Shown: positions 23,701 to 38,397 of the stretch, piece by piece
Position numbering within the stretch: the stretch's first letter is position 1
Layout: every line of letters starts with the position of its first letter
Assembly: GCA_051294375.1 (NCBI GenBank)
Contig: CM119270.1
Coordinates: 18,139,715 to 18,203,709 of the forward strand
Source: Paraspadella gotoi
Lineage: Eukaryota; Animalia; Chaetognatha
Direction of reading: 5' to 3'
Length of the DNA stretch: 63,995 bases
Position numbers and translations under genes: made by a program
Notes under the pieces: generated by a model
Seen by the model: the letters and a program-made list of their open reading frames with translations, nothing else
Told to the model about the DNA's origin: nothing
Database searches by the model: none

Positions 23701-25710
23701 CAAGTTTTTAGCGCGACGCACTCGTGATAAAACGGTTGGCTGGTTGTTTCAATTTTATTGGTTAATTACATTCAATGTTTTGAATATGTTCACTATTCAA
23801 TTGAAATTGCTTGGTTATTAATTCATTTTCATTTGCTCCGATTAAAGTAAAATTTTAGAGAGAAAATATTTGGATTCAAAAACTTGTTAGTTTTTTTTTT
23901 TTAATTTGAAAGACTATATAAATTTATAATATAAATTATAATAGACGAGAATCTCGCTTAAAAAAAAATTCAAGATTTTTCTAATAGAGATTCCGTTAAA
24001 ATCTGACTACCCAAATTGCAAACGAGATTGCCAGAAATTCGGGTAAAAAACAGTTGTAAAAACACACAGATTCCGATAGCGTTATATCTTAAGAGGCTTG
24101 CCAAATTCGTCTTATGGCATTTGATAAAGGATTTAATATCAAACAAGCCAGGGGAAATGCACTGGTCATCTCCGGAGAATTTTCAACCTTTTGTTTTTAC
24201 TATAGAAATGAAAGGGAAATTTTTGCTTTCAAAAAATTGTAAACGGGGCTAGGGTATGTTTACATTATAAATATTACTTCGAATTATGAGATTTAGAAAG
24301 CCTCTTGTCTCAAGAACTTGCCAAATTTTTTCTTTTCATTATTGACCAAACTCTTCATAGTAAACCAACGTGGTAAAGTCCATTGGTCTGGTTTGACAAC
24401 ATGAAATTTTTATTTAATAAGAAATTAAAAGGAAGGTTGAGAGAAAAAACTGATTTTTCCTGTTATCTCTTGAAGGAACAAAGATACAGGGATGGCAATA
24501 GTACCAAAATGAAGCCATAATCATTGGGCACATACAAGTTACAATATTAGAATTATTTTTTGCTTAAACCTCTTTACAGGGTGAGTGTCAAACTAAGTCA
24601 AAATTATAATGAATTTTTAAAACTAATGAAACCCATAAAAATAAATGAAATTAAATTCTTTTTAGTGATTGTGAAAGGAAAAAGGCTAAATTGTACTCTA
24701 GTAAAACTTTAAAGTTTTTTGGATAAAGAAATAATAATTTTTTATTTAACTTAAATATTTGCTTGACTGCTATTACAAGCATGCTTACAAATTCTACAAA
24801 ATATTATTCACCCCATCACAGCCTAAGTATTAATCTTTCTTTTCCACCGGCAAAAAGTAAACATTATTTTATGCTAGAGAACAGGATGTTTACTGAAATG
24901 GAGCCGGAAGACATTCAACCTCTTCACTTTACTTCATTTTTCAATAATAAATAGGCGAATTTTTTAATTATTTACTCTCACAGGCTTCAAAAGACATTAT
25001 ACTTTCATAATATCCCAATGTTAATATAATTTATTTATATTTTTTACCAAGAAATCATAAATAACAGAAAGTTGTGGATTCCCTTCGCTCGTTTTAAAAA
25101 AAAAATTAACTAGCGGAATTATAATTTTTGTAAGAGGAAGTCAAGAATCGGCGAAAATCTTAAAAGCGAAATGTTGAAAAAAGGGAGAGGAATTTTGGGT
25201 TGTTTTGATCGATTTCTTCAAAATCCATGGGCCAATTTAGACGTAACTTAAGATTTAGCATTATTCCAGTCATTCTCTAATCCAAAAATATATAAAACAT
25301 TATGAAAAAAGGTTTGGGATCGAGTTTAAGAATTTTGGTTTCTAAATATAAACTTTTTTTTTTAAATTTTTGGCCTAGGCAATCAGTACATAGAAAATGA
25401 AAGAGGCAACAAATCTGTAATCTGAAGATCTGACTGAGGATTTAACTGATGTTACAAAAATCTGACGAATGTAAGGGAAAAAGGGGGATGGATAGCTTGG
25501 CGTCTCTCTCGGGTCTTAAGTTGATCTCTCCTTTATATTGAATTAAGTTACAGATGACGCATTCATTAATAGAAGAATAGTAATAAGTCGTGATATATTT
25601 TTCGTTAAATTTAACATTTCGAACTAGCTTTTAACCATAATCCCAAACGCTTTACCTGTTTTCGAAGATCCTTGGGATTCGTCGGTCCGTCGTGTCGAAT
25701 GCAACAGCAG

Positions 25711-25980
25711 GATGGCATAGGATGGAACTGTGAGATGGCATAAAATGGTACTATGAGATTACATTGGATGGAAATGAGAGATGGCATTAAACAGAACAGC
25801 GAGGTAGCGTTTAATGGAAACCCACTATGGCATGGGAAGAATCTGCTAGATGGCATCGAATGGAATCGCGAGATGGCATTTTTGGAACTGTGAGATTTCA
25901 TCAAACGTAACCGTGAGATGCTATTAAACGGAACCGCAAAATGTCAATGAATGGAACTGTGAGATGGTATTGGATGGAAC
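25711..25980. repeat. Diverged ~23-bp tandem repeat (consensus near GATGGCATTAAATGGAACTGTGA), about 12 units
   Basis: GATGGCAT...GGAAC...GA recurs at ~23-nt period with many substitutions. Confidence 0.8.
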
Positions 25981-26616
25981 AAAACCCAAAGGGGTCGGCG
26001 ATTCCATCCACTAAAGCGCGTCGCTATCGAAGAGCGAGAGAAAAAAAATGGGTCCTGTTCGTCGCCGTCGTCGTCGTCATCCTCTGAGTAGTAGTATTAG
26101 TATTGTATGTATTCTTTCATGCGATTGTCCAGTTGTCTCCTATGTTATCATTCATTATTGGCGCTAACATCAATAATTACACCGTCGGCCTTCGGAGTCA
26201 GAGAACAAAGAGATTGCACAGCAATGTACTCGTCAAAGTGATCACCGCCGTCGGAGTATTCACTGATAACTCCCGTAAAGGACTCGTTTTTCGCGGATGT
26301 ATCAGCCCTTGTCACTCATTTGTCATCGCTCTTTTCCCCGCCCCCCTTTGTCACCCCTCATCTCCTACTAATTTCACTTTTCACAATTATATCACTTAAC
26401 CTCGCCAAACGACGACCTGACCTTCTTTACCTTACCTTACCTTTACCTTACCTTCTTTACCGCACAATGACGATCCCATCTTTTAATCCTATATGACGAC
26501 CCGTCTACCACCACCCCCCCCCCGTTTTCCCTCTTACAAGTTTCGTCAATCCTTTCTTAGCCGACCAAATGGTTTTGAACTTTTAACATAGCTTTATCTT
26601 GAACTACATACCAACG

Positions 26617-26653
<37 letters not shown>

Positions 26654-27011
26654 TATTGATTTATTGATTTTTTTTTTCCACATTTGTTTTCACTTTCTTT
26701 CTTTCTTTTTATTTCTTCTTGCCGTAGTCCTTTCTCTACTTCTATCTCTCACTCTGTTATTCTCACTCTCTCTCTCTCTATCTCTCTCTCTCTCTCTCTC
26801 GCTCTCCTACCATCCCTCACTCCATCTCTTCTCTCGCTCTGCTTCTTCTTCACTGACGTCATCTCGTGACGTCACTGGCTTGCGTCTGGAGCAAAAACAC
26901 TTTAGGCTTCTTCCAATTTTTTTTCAACGTTTCTGCCTTTTCACTCTTTCCTCTGTCTGTCTGTCTGTCTGGCTGTCCGTAGGTTTCTCCTTTCCAGCTC
27001 TTTCTTTGCAG

Positions 27012-27084
<73 letters not shown>

Positions 27085-28266
27085 CTCCCTTCCTCCCCCC
27101 GCACCTTATCCCTCTCTCCCCCCATCGCCTTCCCATTCCTCCCCACTCCCCTTTTCCTCCTCTTCCTCCCCCTCCCCCCCTAATTCTCTTTTCCCTCCCT
27201 GAGAATTCTCCTCATATTTTTTCCGCGTCTTTCCATGTTTTTATGGTAACAACTCGTCGCCTCGTCGGCCTAACTTATTTCCATTTTTTTTCACATAATT
27301 TTTTTTCTTCTTTTTTTTTCTTTTGCGTCCCGTTGCCATGGTTTCTTTCTCGGGTTCGATCCTCTGTTTTTTAACCATTTTTTCTACCAGTCTCAGTCTT
27401 TGCTCCCAAACCCCAGAAACTTTTCTATGTTTATGATGTGCACTTCAATTTTAAACGACTTTTTTTCAGTACTTTTAAAAACTTCTCTTAAATTTTGTAA
27501 TATTTTAATTTTGTATCTTGTATGATTTAGTTTTTTCCTTAAAAACTAAATAAAATGTTATTTTTCTCATTTAGTCAAGTCTCATCTTTAGTAAATTTTT
27601 CTTTTCTACTCCCCCTCGTTTTAAAATACTTATACTTATAGTCTCATTAGTATTATTCTTATTCAATCTTCATGAAATCTTACTGTCTTAGATCCATATA
27701 TATGTAGTGTTATGTGCATATATCTATATATGTATATAAAATATAATCTTTTTTTTTCTTTTTTCATTCTCCTTTTCCTTCCTTTCCCTTTCCTTCCCTT
27801 CCTTTCCCTTTCCTTTCCTCCCTCTCATCTTCCTTTCCTTTCCTCCCTTTCCTCCCAAAACCTTCAATTCAAGGCGAATTTCTTTCTCAAAAAAAAAAAT
27901 TCCATTTCGTTTCTTCTGCTTTTCGAATTTTTTTTTCCTTCTTTTGACTTTTTTCTCTCGTATCTTCTCCTCGTCGGTTCTGACTGTTCCTTCTTTCCAT
28001 TGATGTCGTCGTCATTGCTGCAATTTCAAACGTTAACACACCTCAGCCATCAGCGATCGTCGACAGCTTCTTTTATTGTTCGTCGCCTTTCGACTGCGGA
28101 TGATTTTTGTTGTTGATTGTCGTTTGTCGTTTCCTTCGGTCGGCGAAGAGTGTCGTCGTCGTCGTCGTCGTCGTCGTCGTTGTCGCGGAGACACATTTCC
28201 TTGACAATCGACTTAGAACCGAGATCCTTTTCTTCAGAAGGAAAAGTCGTTTCCATCATTGTTCAC

Positions 28267-28268
28267 GT

Positions 28269-28339
<71 letters not shown>

Positions 28340-28520
28340 GTCTTTCTTTCTTTCTTTTTTTCATTATCTCCGGCTTTCTTTTTTTCTATCTTTCTTTCTT
28401 TCTTTCTGTCTTTTTTTTTCTTTCTTGCTTTCTATCCTTTATTCGTTCCTTCTGTTTATATCTCGCTGTTTTTCATTCTTTCTTACTTTCTTTTTTTCCC
28501 ACTTTCTTTAGTTTCTTTTA
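28267..28520. repeat. (TTTC)n microsatellite with degenerate tail
   Basis: Direct observation. Confidence 0.95.
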
Positions 28521-31500
28521 AGTTTCAGCGTTTTTTTTTTTTGTTTTTTTTAAATCTCATTTTCTTTTTTAATTAACTCTTTTCATATTCTTGGAACGCC
28601 TGGCAATTTTCCATACAAGACGCCAGCCAAGCGGTGCCATTTGGGTCGTGCCATCGTTGATGCTCTCGAGTTCGCGTTTCGACTTCGCTTCATTCAATTT
28701 AGACTCGATTTCGTTTGTTTTACTTTATTCAATTTAATTTAGACATAAATTTAGTGAGATTTATCTTAAATAAGTCTTCAATCAATTTCGCATTCAGAAT
28801 ATATATTTAAATTCATTCAGTCTATATTTCAGTTCGATTAGTTTGTTCCAATCGAGTTCCTCTTTTGAATCGCCACCATCTGAGCAGCGAAAGTCTTTCA
28901 CGAGAAACCAAATTGCATTGGAATCCAAAGGACGAAAGGAAATGCAAATTGGGAAAATCTCGACAGAAACGGGCGACTATGAAAACGGAGATTGCGACGC
29001 GCGGAGTCAAACACAAAACCCAGGCGAGAAAGGGGTTATATTCTGCAACACCAGACCGTTGAGGAGTCGCTGACGATTGCATGGAACTGAGGATATCGAC
29101 GTTTTGTATATATATTTCGTTCTGCAAAATTGGTTTCTTTCGTTTATGTAATTTATTTCTTTTTGTTTTGTTTATTGTATTGTTTTCGTTTGTTTGCTTT
29201 TTTTTTATCTGTTTGTTTTTTTGTTTTTTGTTTTTTTGTTGTTTTTTTTTCGGCATTTGGTCTTGGAATCGAGTGAACGGTGAAGGTTTTTTTGCCTGAG
29301 ACAAAGAGAGACGATCAGACAAGATTATCTCTCTCTCTGTCTCTCTCTCCCTCTCTCTCTCTCACTCTCACTCTCTCCCTCTCTCTCTCTCACTCTCTCA
29401 CTTCGGTCGATTTGTTTCAATTAGAGTTTCAATGTTCTTTTTTTTTCATCCCAGGGAACAAACTCGATCTCAACCTCATCTTCATATGTGAAATTAATTT
29501 AAAGATTTTTTTAATAAAATAATTCCGAATACTTGATTTGACTTTTTGAAATCAATATTTTTTGATGTAGACTTTATATTTTCTATAATTCCAACCTTTT
29601 ATTTTTTTTAATAAATTTTTATCTAATAATATAATATTATATAAATATAAAAATATACAATGATCCGATCATTCTTCAGTTCTTTTTCTGAATAAAATAA
29701 CTTACTAAAGGTTCATCTAATTTTCTGAGAACTTATCCAATATTAAAAAAATAATATTTAGTCCAGTACTCACTGAAAATAAATCAAAATTACAATAATA
29801 TTAAACTTTAAAAAATAAAGAAAATAAAAAATGATTAAAATTTATAAATTTCTCTCTTTTTTTTTTTTTTGTATCACATTTCTTCATAACTTTTTAGAAA
29901 ATTTTTGAGCTCCTTATGGCTTAACATATATCAAAGAGTTTCACGAAGACGTCATTTTTTAATAGGTTCTTTCGTTATGTGTTTCTTTAAAAGACATTAA
30001 AACTGGTCTAAACCCTAAAAAACTTTGATCGTTCAAAGGAACTCTCACCAAGAGCTTCCAAGTAATAGTCCATCCCTTATTTTTTGCCAAAATTAAAGCT
30101 TGAGAAATGGAAGTAAAATAATAATACTTATTTTTAAAGTTATTAGATGTTAGTTAGTTAAGATAGAAGTTATGCAAGTAAAACTTTTTAGCTGGGTGCT
30201 TGAGTGCCTTGGAGCAATTTTCAAATCATTTTTCTTTAAGTTGTGGGTGTAAGGTTTGTCTCTGTCAGTCCTGAACTTTAATTTTAAATATTCATTAACT
30301 CGTTTTATGCTACATAATTTAAATAATATTTGGTAGGATATGTTGTATACATCATGTATATATATGAACATGTTACTAGGGTGTTGCTGGGCAGGTGATT
30401 ATATAAAAATTCAACAATCATATGAAACTAACTATTAACTATAATATACCAAATTGTCAATACCTTTGAAAAAGTGTGAGTACTATTAAATGCATACAAG
30501 GTTAGATATATGTCCCAAAACTTCTTGTGTTAAATTTTTTTCCCTCATTATTATTTTTTTATCTGTTAATGAAAAATGACAATTATTAGCAATAGGCAAC
30601 AATTTTATCAACAAATAAAGGTCGGATGTATATTTTGATATCTTGCTTTTCGAGTACTTCACTCAGTGGTTTGATCTCAACAGATTTTGTGTTTACAAAC
30701 CCAATTGGAGCTTGGTGAGAGAGAGAGAGAGAAGAAAGAAAAGTTCTCCAACAAAGAATCAAGAAAAGGATCAGATGGGAGACACAAGAGAGCGTGAGGA
30801 TAGGGAAGGAGAGAGAGTGAATAAATTTTGAAAATGGTAAGAGAGAAGAGGGAAATCACTACATTTGGCCAAATTTTGGAGCTTTTTTTCTTCTACTTAT
30901 TCCCTTACTCTTATTTTTAACTCCATCCCACTACCACTGTATTTTTCTATTTCATTTTAACTTACATCTCATTTCTAACTTAATTTACCTTTACATTATG
31001 TATATATTCTCTTAGTTTAAAACTCTAGTTTAGCTTAATTTTAAATTCTAATCTTTGTTGTATATTGCTTAATAATAAATGAATTTTCCTCTCACTTTTC
31101 CTCTACCCTCCTCTATCCTCTTTTACTAGTTTCAAATTTAGTCACTGTCTCTTCGCCTTCTCCTATTCTCACCTCAATCCTATCCTCATATGCTGACACT
31201 ATCTTATTCGGTAATTCTTGTTTCGCGCAAGGTGAATCTTTGTGAAACGAAATACGGCCGCATCTAGTCGCTCGCCAGGGGGCCACAAGCGGATGCTATC
31301 CTTGTGGCGGTTATTGACGGGAATTGCCTCCGCATCACCATCGATCTCGTTCACAACAGCACTATTGGCTCCAGAAGGGGGACCTGCACCAGGACGTGTT
31401 GTTCCATTGCCAGTTCTAAGAAATCGACATACGACTTCCCCTTCTGCGTTGGCAAAGGCGAGGAACCGTCCGCTACAGGGTAACGCGGGGGCCGCCCCCC

Positions 31501-32659
31501 AGGGTTTTTGGGAACTTTTGGGAAAGGCGTTCACATGGAGGGTTCGGAAGCCAGATCCCAAGAGCCACAGTGAGGATTAACCTCCATCCCAAATNNNNNN
31601 NNNNNNNNNNNNNNNNNNNCAACCTCCTTCGCCGACTTTCACCCCCACCCCAACCGCCTCTAACTTACCCCGGTTGTTAAACCTCCACCCAACTCCACCG
31701 GCCCGGCAATCTAAGTAACCCCTGCCCCCTCCCAGGGGGCCACACCCGAATGCTTCTTGTGGCGGTAATATTCACACAACCGCCGTCATCACGTCACCAT
31801 CCGTAGCCAAATCATATGGCTAGAAGGGGGAACACCATACCCAGGCGTAGTGTGTTCCATTCACAGTCCTAACGAACTTCCCTCTGCGTTGGCAAAGCGA
31901 GAACCGGGCTAGGGGTACGCGCCAAGTAGACTGGAGGCTTACTGGAGGGTCGGAAGCCTCCAAGCCAACAGTGAGATTAACCCCATCCCAATGGGCATCA
32001 CAGCAACCATGGCTGTTGCCATAATCTCCCTCTTTTTAACTTTTCCTGCCTCGTCACCCCCGCTCTCTTTCTCTCTCTTTGCTTTTATATAAGTTAAAAA
32101 TGTTTTTAATAACGTTAACAAAACTAAACACGAAGACAAGTTTTCCGAAATTTTAATAATTATTTCATAATAATCGTTATCTGTTTGTAAAATTTCTTTC
32201 TATTTTTGTTAGCGCATATTACTATTAATAAATTATTATTATTTATTAATTTTATTCATTTTATTCGGCCCATAAGCTTCCCCGACATGCTAATACACCA
32301 ACCATCCTCTTTCAACACTCCCCTCCATTCTAACCTCCTGCCCCGAGCGACCTGTACCTTTAACCTCATCGATCCTTACCCCCTTCCGCCAACCCTTACC
32401 CTGGCCTCGTGAATTAATTTTAAAACTGGTCTCTTCCGGTTTGAACGCGAAGGTTCCGGGATCGAGGCGGGGTCGTGTCTCGGGGGGAAAAATTCAAAGA
32501 TGGGAAGCTTGGGAAGGTTTGGGTAGGTATAGAGAGACGTGGGTACTGGTAGGGCCCTTCTGTTACGGTAGGGCCTTCTGTTCGAAGCCCCACCGCGACG
32601 GACCGAGGCACAACGATGTTCCGAGGGAAGTTAAAGTGGAGGGCGAATGTGATTTGCTT

Positions 32660-33352
32660 AAATTCCTACAATTGATTCCCACAATTAATTCTTACATTGA
32701 TTCCTACAATTGAATCCCTACAATTGAATCCCTACAATTGAATCCCTACAATTCATCCCTACAATTGAATCCCTACAATATCTAATTGATTCCCTACAAT
32801 TGAATCCCTACAATTGATTCCCTACAATTGAATCCTACATTGATTCCCTACAATTGAATCCCTAACAATTGAATCTCGCCTACAATGAATCCCTACAATT
32901 GATTCCCTACAATTGAATCTACATTGAATCCCTACAATTGAATCCCTACAATTGATTCCCTACAATTGATTCCCTACAATTGAATCCCTACAATTGATCC
33001 CTACAATTGAATCCCTACAATTGATATCCTACAATTGAATCCCTACAATTGATTTCCCTATCACATTGAATCCCTACAATTGAATCCCTCGCTACAATTG
33101 AATCCCTACAATTGATTCCCTACAGATTGAATTCCCTACAATTGAATCCCTACATTGAATCTCCTACAATTGATCCCTACAATTGATTCCTACAATTGAT
33201 TCCTACAATTGAATCCCTACAATTGATTCCCTACAATTGAATCCCTAACAATTGAATCCCTACAATCGAATCCCTACAATTGATTCCCTACAATTGATTC
33301 CCTACAATTGAACTCCCTACAATTGACATCCCTACAATTGATTCCCAACAAT
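32660..33352. repeat. 14-bp minisatellite (CCCTACAATTGAAT / CCCTACAATTGATT), noisy copy
   Basis: Dozens of tandem units with scattered single-base indels. Confidence 0.95.
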
Positions 33353-34461
33353 GCGAATCCTAAATTACCCGTCAGTTCCTGTCATCTTTACCGTAGTCCA
33401 GTTCGAATCCGCTGCCAGCCGAACGTTACCTCCCAATTTTGCGTTGACGCTTTACGCCTTACCATCTATATTCCGGGTTTTCTGCTCATTTGGGGAAAAA
33501 AATTTGGGGTTCGATTTGGCAGGATTATAGGATAAAAAAACCTAACCGAATTTTCGGAAAATATAATAGCAAGGACTGGCAGGATCACCTCTGATTGGTA
33601 ATACACGGGATTTCCTAGGTACAGGATTGATATATTTGGCAGGCAACGTTTTTTTTGATTGTCTTCAGGGACTTTTTTACAGCAGGATTATCACTTCCTG
33701 GCAGGATTGAAACAAAAAAGAATTGGAAATCTATTAAAGCAATGGATTTTTTTCTTAGCAGCAGGATTAAGTTTTCTGTTGGCAGGACTATTTTACTAAA
33801 AATTTAAAGGGGATTTTCCCAATGGGCATCACAGGCAACCTGGCTGTTGCCATAATCTCCTCTTTTTAACTTTTCTCGTCACCCCCCGCTCTCTTTCTCT
33901 CTCTTTGCTTTAATAAGTTAAAATGTTTTTAATAACGTTAACAAACTAAACACGAAGACAAGTTTTCCGAAATTTTATAATTATTTCATACTAATCGTTA
34001 TCTGTTTGTAAAATTTCTTTCTATTTTTGTTAGCGCATTACTATTAATAAATTATTATTATTTTATTAATTTTATTCATTTTATTCGGCCCAAGCTTCCC
34101 CGACATGCTTAATAAACCCAACCCATCCTTTCACACTCCCCTCCCATTCTACCCTCCTGCCCCGAGCGACCTTACCTTTAACCTCATCGATCCTTACCCT
34201 TCCGCCCAACCCTTACCCTGGCCTCGTGAATTATTTAAACTGGTCTCTTCCCGGTTTGACGCGAAGGTCCCGGGATCGAGGCGGGGTCGTGTCTCGGGGG
34301 GGAAAATTCAAAGATGGGAAGCTTGGGAAGGTTTGGGTAGGTATAGAGAGACGTGGGTACTGGGTAGGGCCTTCTGTTCGAAGCCCCACCCGACGGACGA
34401 GGGACAACGATGTTCCGAGGGAAGTTAAAGTGGAGGGCGAATGTGATTTTGCTTAAATTCT

Positions 34462-34752
34462 CCCTACAATTGATTCCCTACAATTAATTCCTACAATTGA
34501 TTCCCTACAATTGAATCCCTACAATTGAATCCCTACAATTGAATCCCTACAATTGAATCCCTACAATTGATTCCCTACAATTGAATCCCTACAATTGAAT
34601 CCCTACAATTGAATCCCTACAATTGATTCCCTACAATTGAATCCCTACAATTGAATCCCTACAATTGAATCCCTACAATTGATTCCCTACAATTGATTCC
34701 CTACAATTGAATCCCTACAATTGAATCCCTACAATTGATTCCCAACAATCGA
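34462..34752. repeat. 14-bp minisatellite (CCCTACAATTGAAT), clean copy
   Basis: About 20 near-perfect units with the same flanks as the 32660-33352 array. Confidence 0.95.
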
Positions 34753-35543
34753 ATCCTAAATTACCCGTCAGTTTCCTGTCATCTTTACCGTAGTCCAGTT
34801 CGAATCCGCTGCCAGCCGAACTTACCTCCCAATTTTGACCGCTTACGCTTTACTCATCCAATCCGACACACAACAAATCTCGAACTGTCCAATAGGGTGG
34901 AGTGATGAAAAGATTGAGTGATTGAACACAGTTATTTTTTTGGCTGCCTATGGACATATAATTAATGAATTTTAAATCTTTAAAAATTTTTTTTAGCATA
35001 ACAGTATAGCAAATTTAATTATTTATGTAGTAATATCCTTATAAAAATCGTAAATTCAAAATTATTTTTTATTTTTATAAGAACTGATTTGGATCGCTGT
35101 AAAAAACTAAGAAAAGTTTTATAAAATATGTTATATGATATTTTAATGTGTTAGATCACAAAAATAAACTAAAACGTTTTAACATATATAAGTTTCTACT
35201 ACAGATGAATATAAAAGTTAGGGAATTTTTACCTTTTTTCTTATTTTTAAACATTGAAGATGACAGAATTTTTGATAACATGTTATATTTTTGATTCAAT
35301 TTTATGAAGAATCTGAATCTTTATTAAAAGTTTATAAAATTATTTTTAAAATTTACTATTTATTAAGGATATTACTACAAATATATTATATTTTCACTAT
35401 TCTGTTGCCGAGATAATATGAACAAAAATATTTTTTTGTACTAGTTAATCATACTATCTCACATCTAAATATCATTGTTCGATCATTCAAATAAATTTTT
35501 TTTGTTCTTGAGTGCTCCACTCTACTGTCCAAGTCTCCCTTCC

Positions 35544-35575
<32 letters not shown>

Positions 35576-36392
35576 ATCCTCTATTTACAAAAGACTTACA
35601 TTTATTCCGTTGTCTTCGATTCACGCTTCTCACTTCTTTCACATCCCACAGAGAGGGCGGGGGGGGGGATAAGGAGAAGCCGTCGAGAAGAAACCTCGAT
35701 TCCTCTGGAAAAAAAACTTACTCACCATTTCCTTACCCTCGTCCTTAATTTTAACCCTCTTAACAATACTTACCCTCTTTCTAATCCTTATTCTCTTCTT
35801 AATCCTGACTCTCTTTCTAATCCTTACCCTCGTTCACCCAAACACTTACCCTGCCGAATCTTCATCCTCCGTCACTCACCAATCACCAACCTGATAACAT
35901 CCCATCTTTCTTACCCTAAACTCACCCACCCTAAGCCCCCACCCTGTCTCAACCCCCCTCCCCTAACTTACCCTCCTTATCACCCCTCCTCCCCCCTATC
36001 CCCCTACCCCCCACCCGATGTTCATTTATTATTCTGACGTGCCTTTTGGCATCGATCGCACGTGCCGTCCGAACGGCCCTGGTGCGTGCGACGGCCAGCG
36101 TACGTGTTAACGCCTTTGCGTGCGACTTTTTAGAATCGCGAGAGGGCAGCGGTCCGTGTGATGGCCGTCGCACGTGCTGATTCTTCGGTCCCGATGGAAT
36201 AGTTTGCCGTTCGTGCGAAATCTTATTGCGTACGATGACCGCACGCGCGTGCGGACGTCCGAACGCTCGACGCGGTCGCCGTGCGTGTAGAACCATTGGG
36301 TTTGTGTGTGACAGAGAAAGAGAGGGACGTTTGCGAACACCACGTACGATTTGGGAGGGAAAAGAGGATCAGCGAGAATCACTCTGCTTCTT

Positions 36393-36446
<54 letters not shown>

Positions 36447-36759
36447 CTCTCTATCTCTGTATGTCTCTCTTGTGTTTTCGTGGAATTAGACCCGATGTAG
36501 ATCGATCGCTCTTCGAGGCCAAAGGCGCATCGACGTATTAGGCTAGTTTTTTTAAATTTTTTTCATGTTCTCTGTGTCTCTGTCTCTATCTCTCTCTTTC
36601 TTTCTTTATTTGTCTTTTTTTTTCTCTCTCTCTCTCTTCTCTCTTTCTCTTTCTCTTCCTCCCTCTCTCTTTTAATCTCTATCTTTTCAAACCTCCCCTG
36701 CCCTATCTTTCTTTTCCCTTTTCCGTCCAGTTTAACTGCCAAAGTTTTCCCTTATCTTT

Positions 36760-37080
36760 TCTTCTTCTTGTCTCCTTCTCATCATTTTCTTTTCTTCTTC
36801 TTGTCTCCTTCTCATCATTTTCTTTTCTTTTTCTTGTCTCCTTCTCATCATCTCATTTTCTTCTTCTTGCCTCCTTCTCATCAATTTATTTTCTTCTTCT
36901 TATCTCCTTCTCATCATTTTCTTTTCTTCTTCTTGTCTCTTTCTCCTCATCTCATTTTCTTCTTCTTATCTCCTTCTCTTCATTTTCTATTCTTCTTCTT
37001 GTCTCTTTCTCTTCATCTAATTTTCTTCTTCTCGTCTCCTTCTCATTATCTTCATTTATCCTTCTTATCTCTCTCTCTTC
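36760..37080. repeat. 33-bp pyrimidine-rich tandem repeat
   Basis: Unit CTTCTTCTTGTCTCCTTCTCATCATTTTCTTTT repeated about 9 times with decay. Confidence 0.85.
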
Positions 37081-37182
37081 ATTCTGTTTACTTTCTTCTT
37101 TTTTTCTCTCTTTCTTTTTGTTGTTCTCTCTCTTTATCTCTCTTTTCTTTTCCCATACGTCCACCTCCGATGGCCCTTCCTG

Positions 37183-37304
<122 letters not shown>

Positions 37305-38337
37305 CATATTTTTCACCCGTTTTAACGAGGTGAAAAAGGGCCTCCTGTAAAATTCATTCCTCGCGTTGAATCTCTCTCTTTTCTTTTCTTTTCTTTTCTT
37401 CTTTTTCCTTTCTTCTGCCTCCTTTTCCTCTCTCTTCTTTTCTTTTCTCCTCTTTCCTTTCTTCTGCCTCTTTTTCCTCTCTTTTTCCCTTAATTCTCTT
37501 CCTCTTCCTAAATTCCTTTTCTTTTTTAATATTGTGTATTTCTCTCTCTTATCCCTTCCCAAACCTTTTTCATCCTTTTCATTACTCTCTTCTCCATTTT
37601 TTCCTTCCTCAACTTTCCTTTTTCCTCCTTCCTCCACTTTCATTTTCCCTTCTTCCTCCACTTTCCTTTCTCTTTTCCCTCCACTTTCTTTTTACCTTCT
37701 TCCTCCACTTTTCTTTCCCTTTTCCCTCCACTTTCTTTTTCCCTTCTTCCTCCACTCTCCTTTTTTCATCCTTCCTCCTCTTTCCTCTTTCCTTCCTCCT
37801 CCATCCCCAGCTGTCTCATCGCAGAGAGATGTGATATTTTCTCTGCCATTTTTATGTCTTTAATCTCCTTTTTTTTTCGGGGGATGCTTCTTCCTTTCCT
37901 TCTCGATCCTTTTGCCCTGTACCACCTGCTTCTAATCTTGCCCTTCCCCCCCCTCTCTCCCCCCTCAAGATTACAGTCTCCTTTTTTTCCCCGCTTTCGT
38001 TCAATCCTTTGCTTTACAGTGCTTCTTTTACTTTAGCTCTTTTGCTTTTATGTCTCTTCTTTAGCTTTTTACTCTCTTCGGCAATCGACAATATTTTGTT
38101 AACCATCTCCGTAAATGTTTCTCTTTACGACGATCGCTTCCTCCTCCTCCTCCTCCTCCTCCTCCACTCTCTCTTCCTCTTCCTCTTCCTCCTTCTTAAC
38201 TCCCCCCTTCACAATTAGGCGCCATACGTGAGGTCCTCTTTCACCGGGTCTCCGTTTAAACGAGTCTAACGCCTCTCCAGGGTCCCCCCCTCCCGAAAAA
38301 ATTTCTTATGAACTTTGAAAAATACATAAAAACGTAA

Positions 38338-38397
<60 letters not shown>

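Larger units (their letters stand above)
31990..34855 (+). repeat. Direct duplication of a composite unit (31990-33470 vs 33817-34855) containing the 14-bp minisatellite
   Basis: Both copies start CCCAATGGGCATCACAG..., share ~650 bp of unique sequence, the array and the downstream GAATCCTAAATTACCCGTCAG...; they differ mainly by small indels. Confidence 0.9.

Noticed and set aside
31199-31992. GC-rich 112-120 aa ORFs, duplicated across a 25-N gap
   Set aside because: No recognisable domain in the frames examined; the second copy (31730-31992) is a noisy duplicate, probably from gap filling.
32660-34752. Possible CRISPR or telomeric array
   Set aside because: Head-to-tail 14-bp units without spacers; internal location and not a recognised telomere motif.
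35949-36345. CpG-rich stretch with short ORFs
   Set aside because: No recognisable product or RNA structure that I can support.
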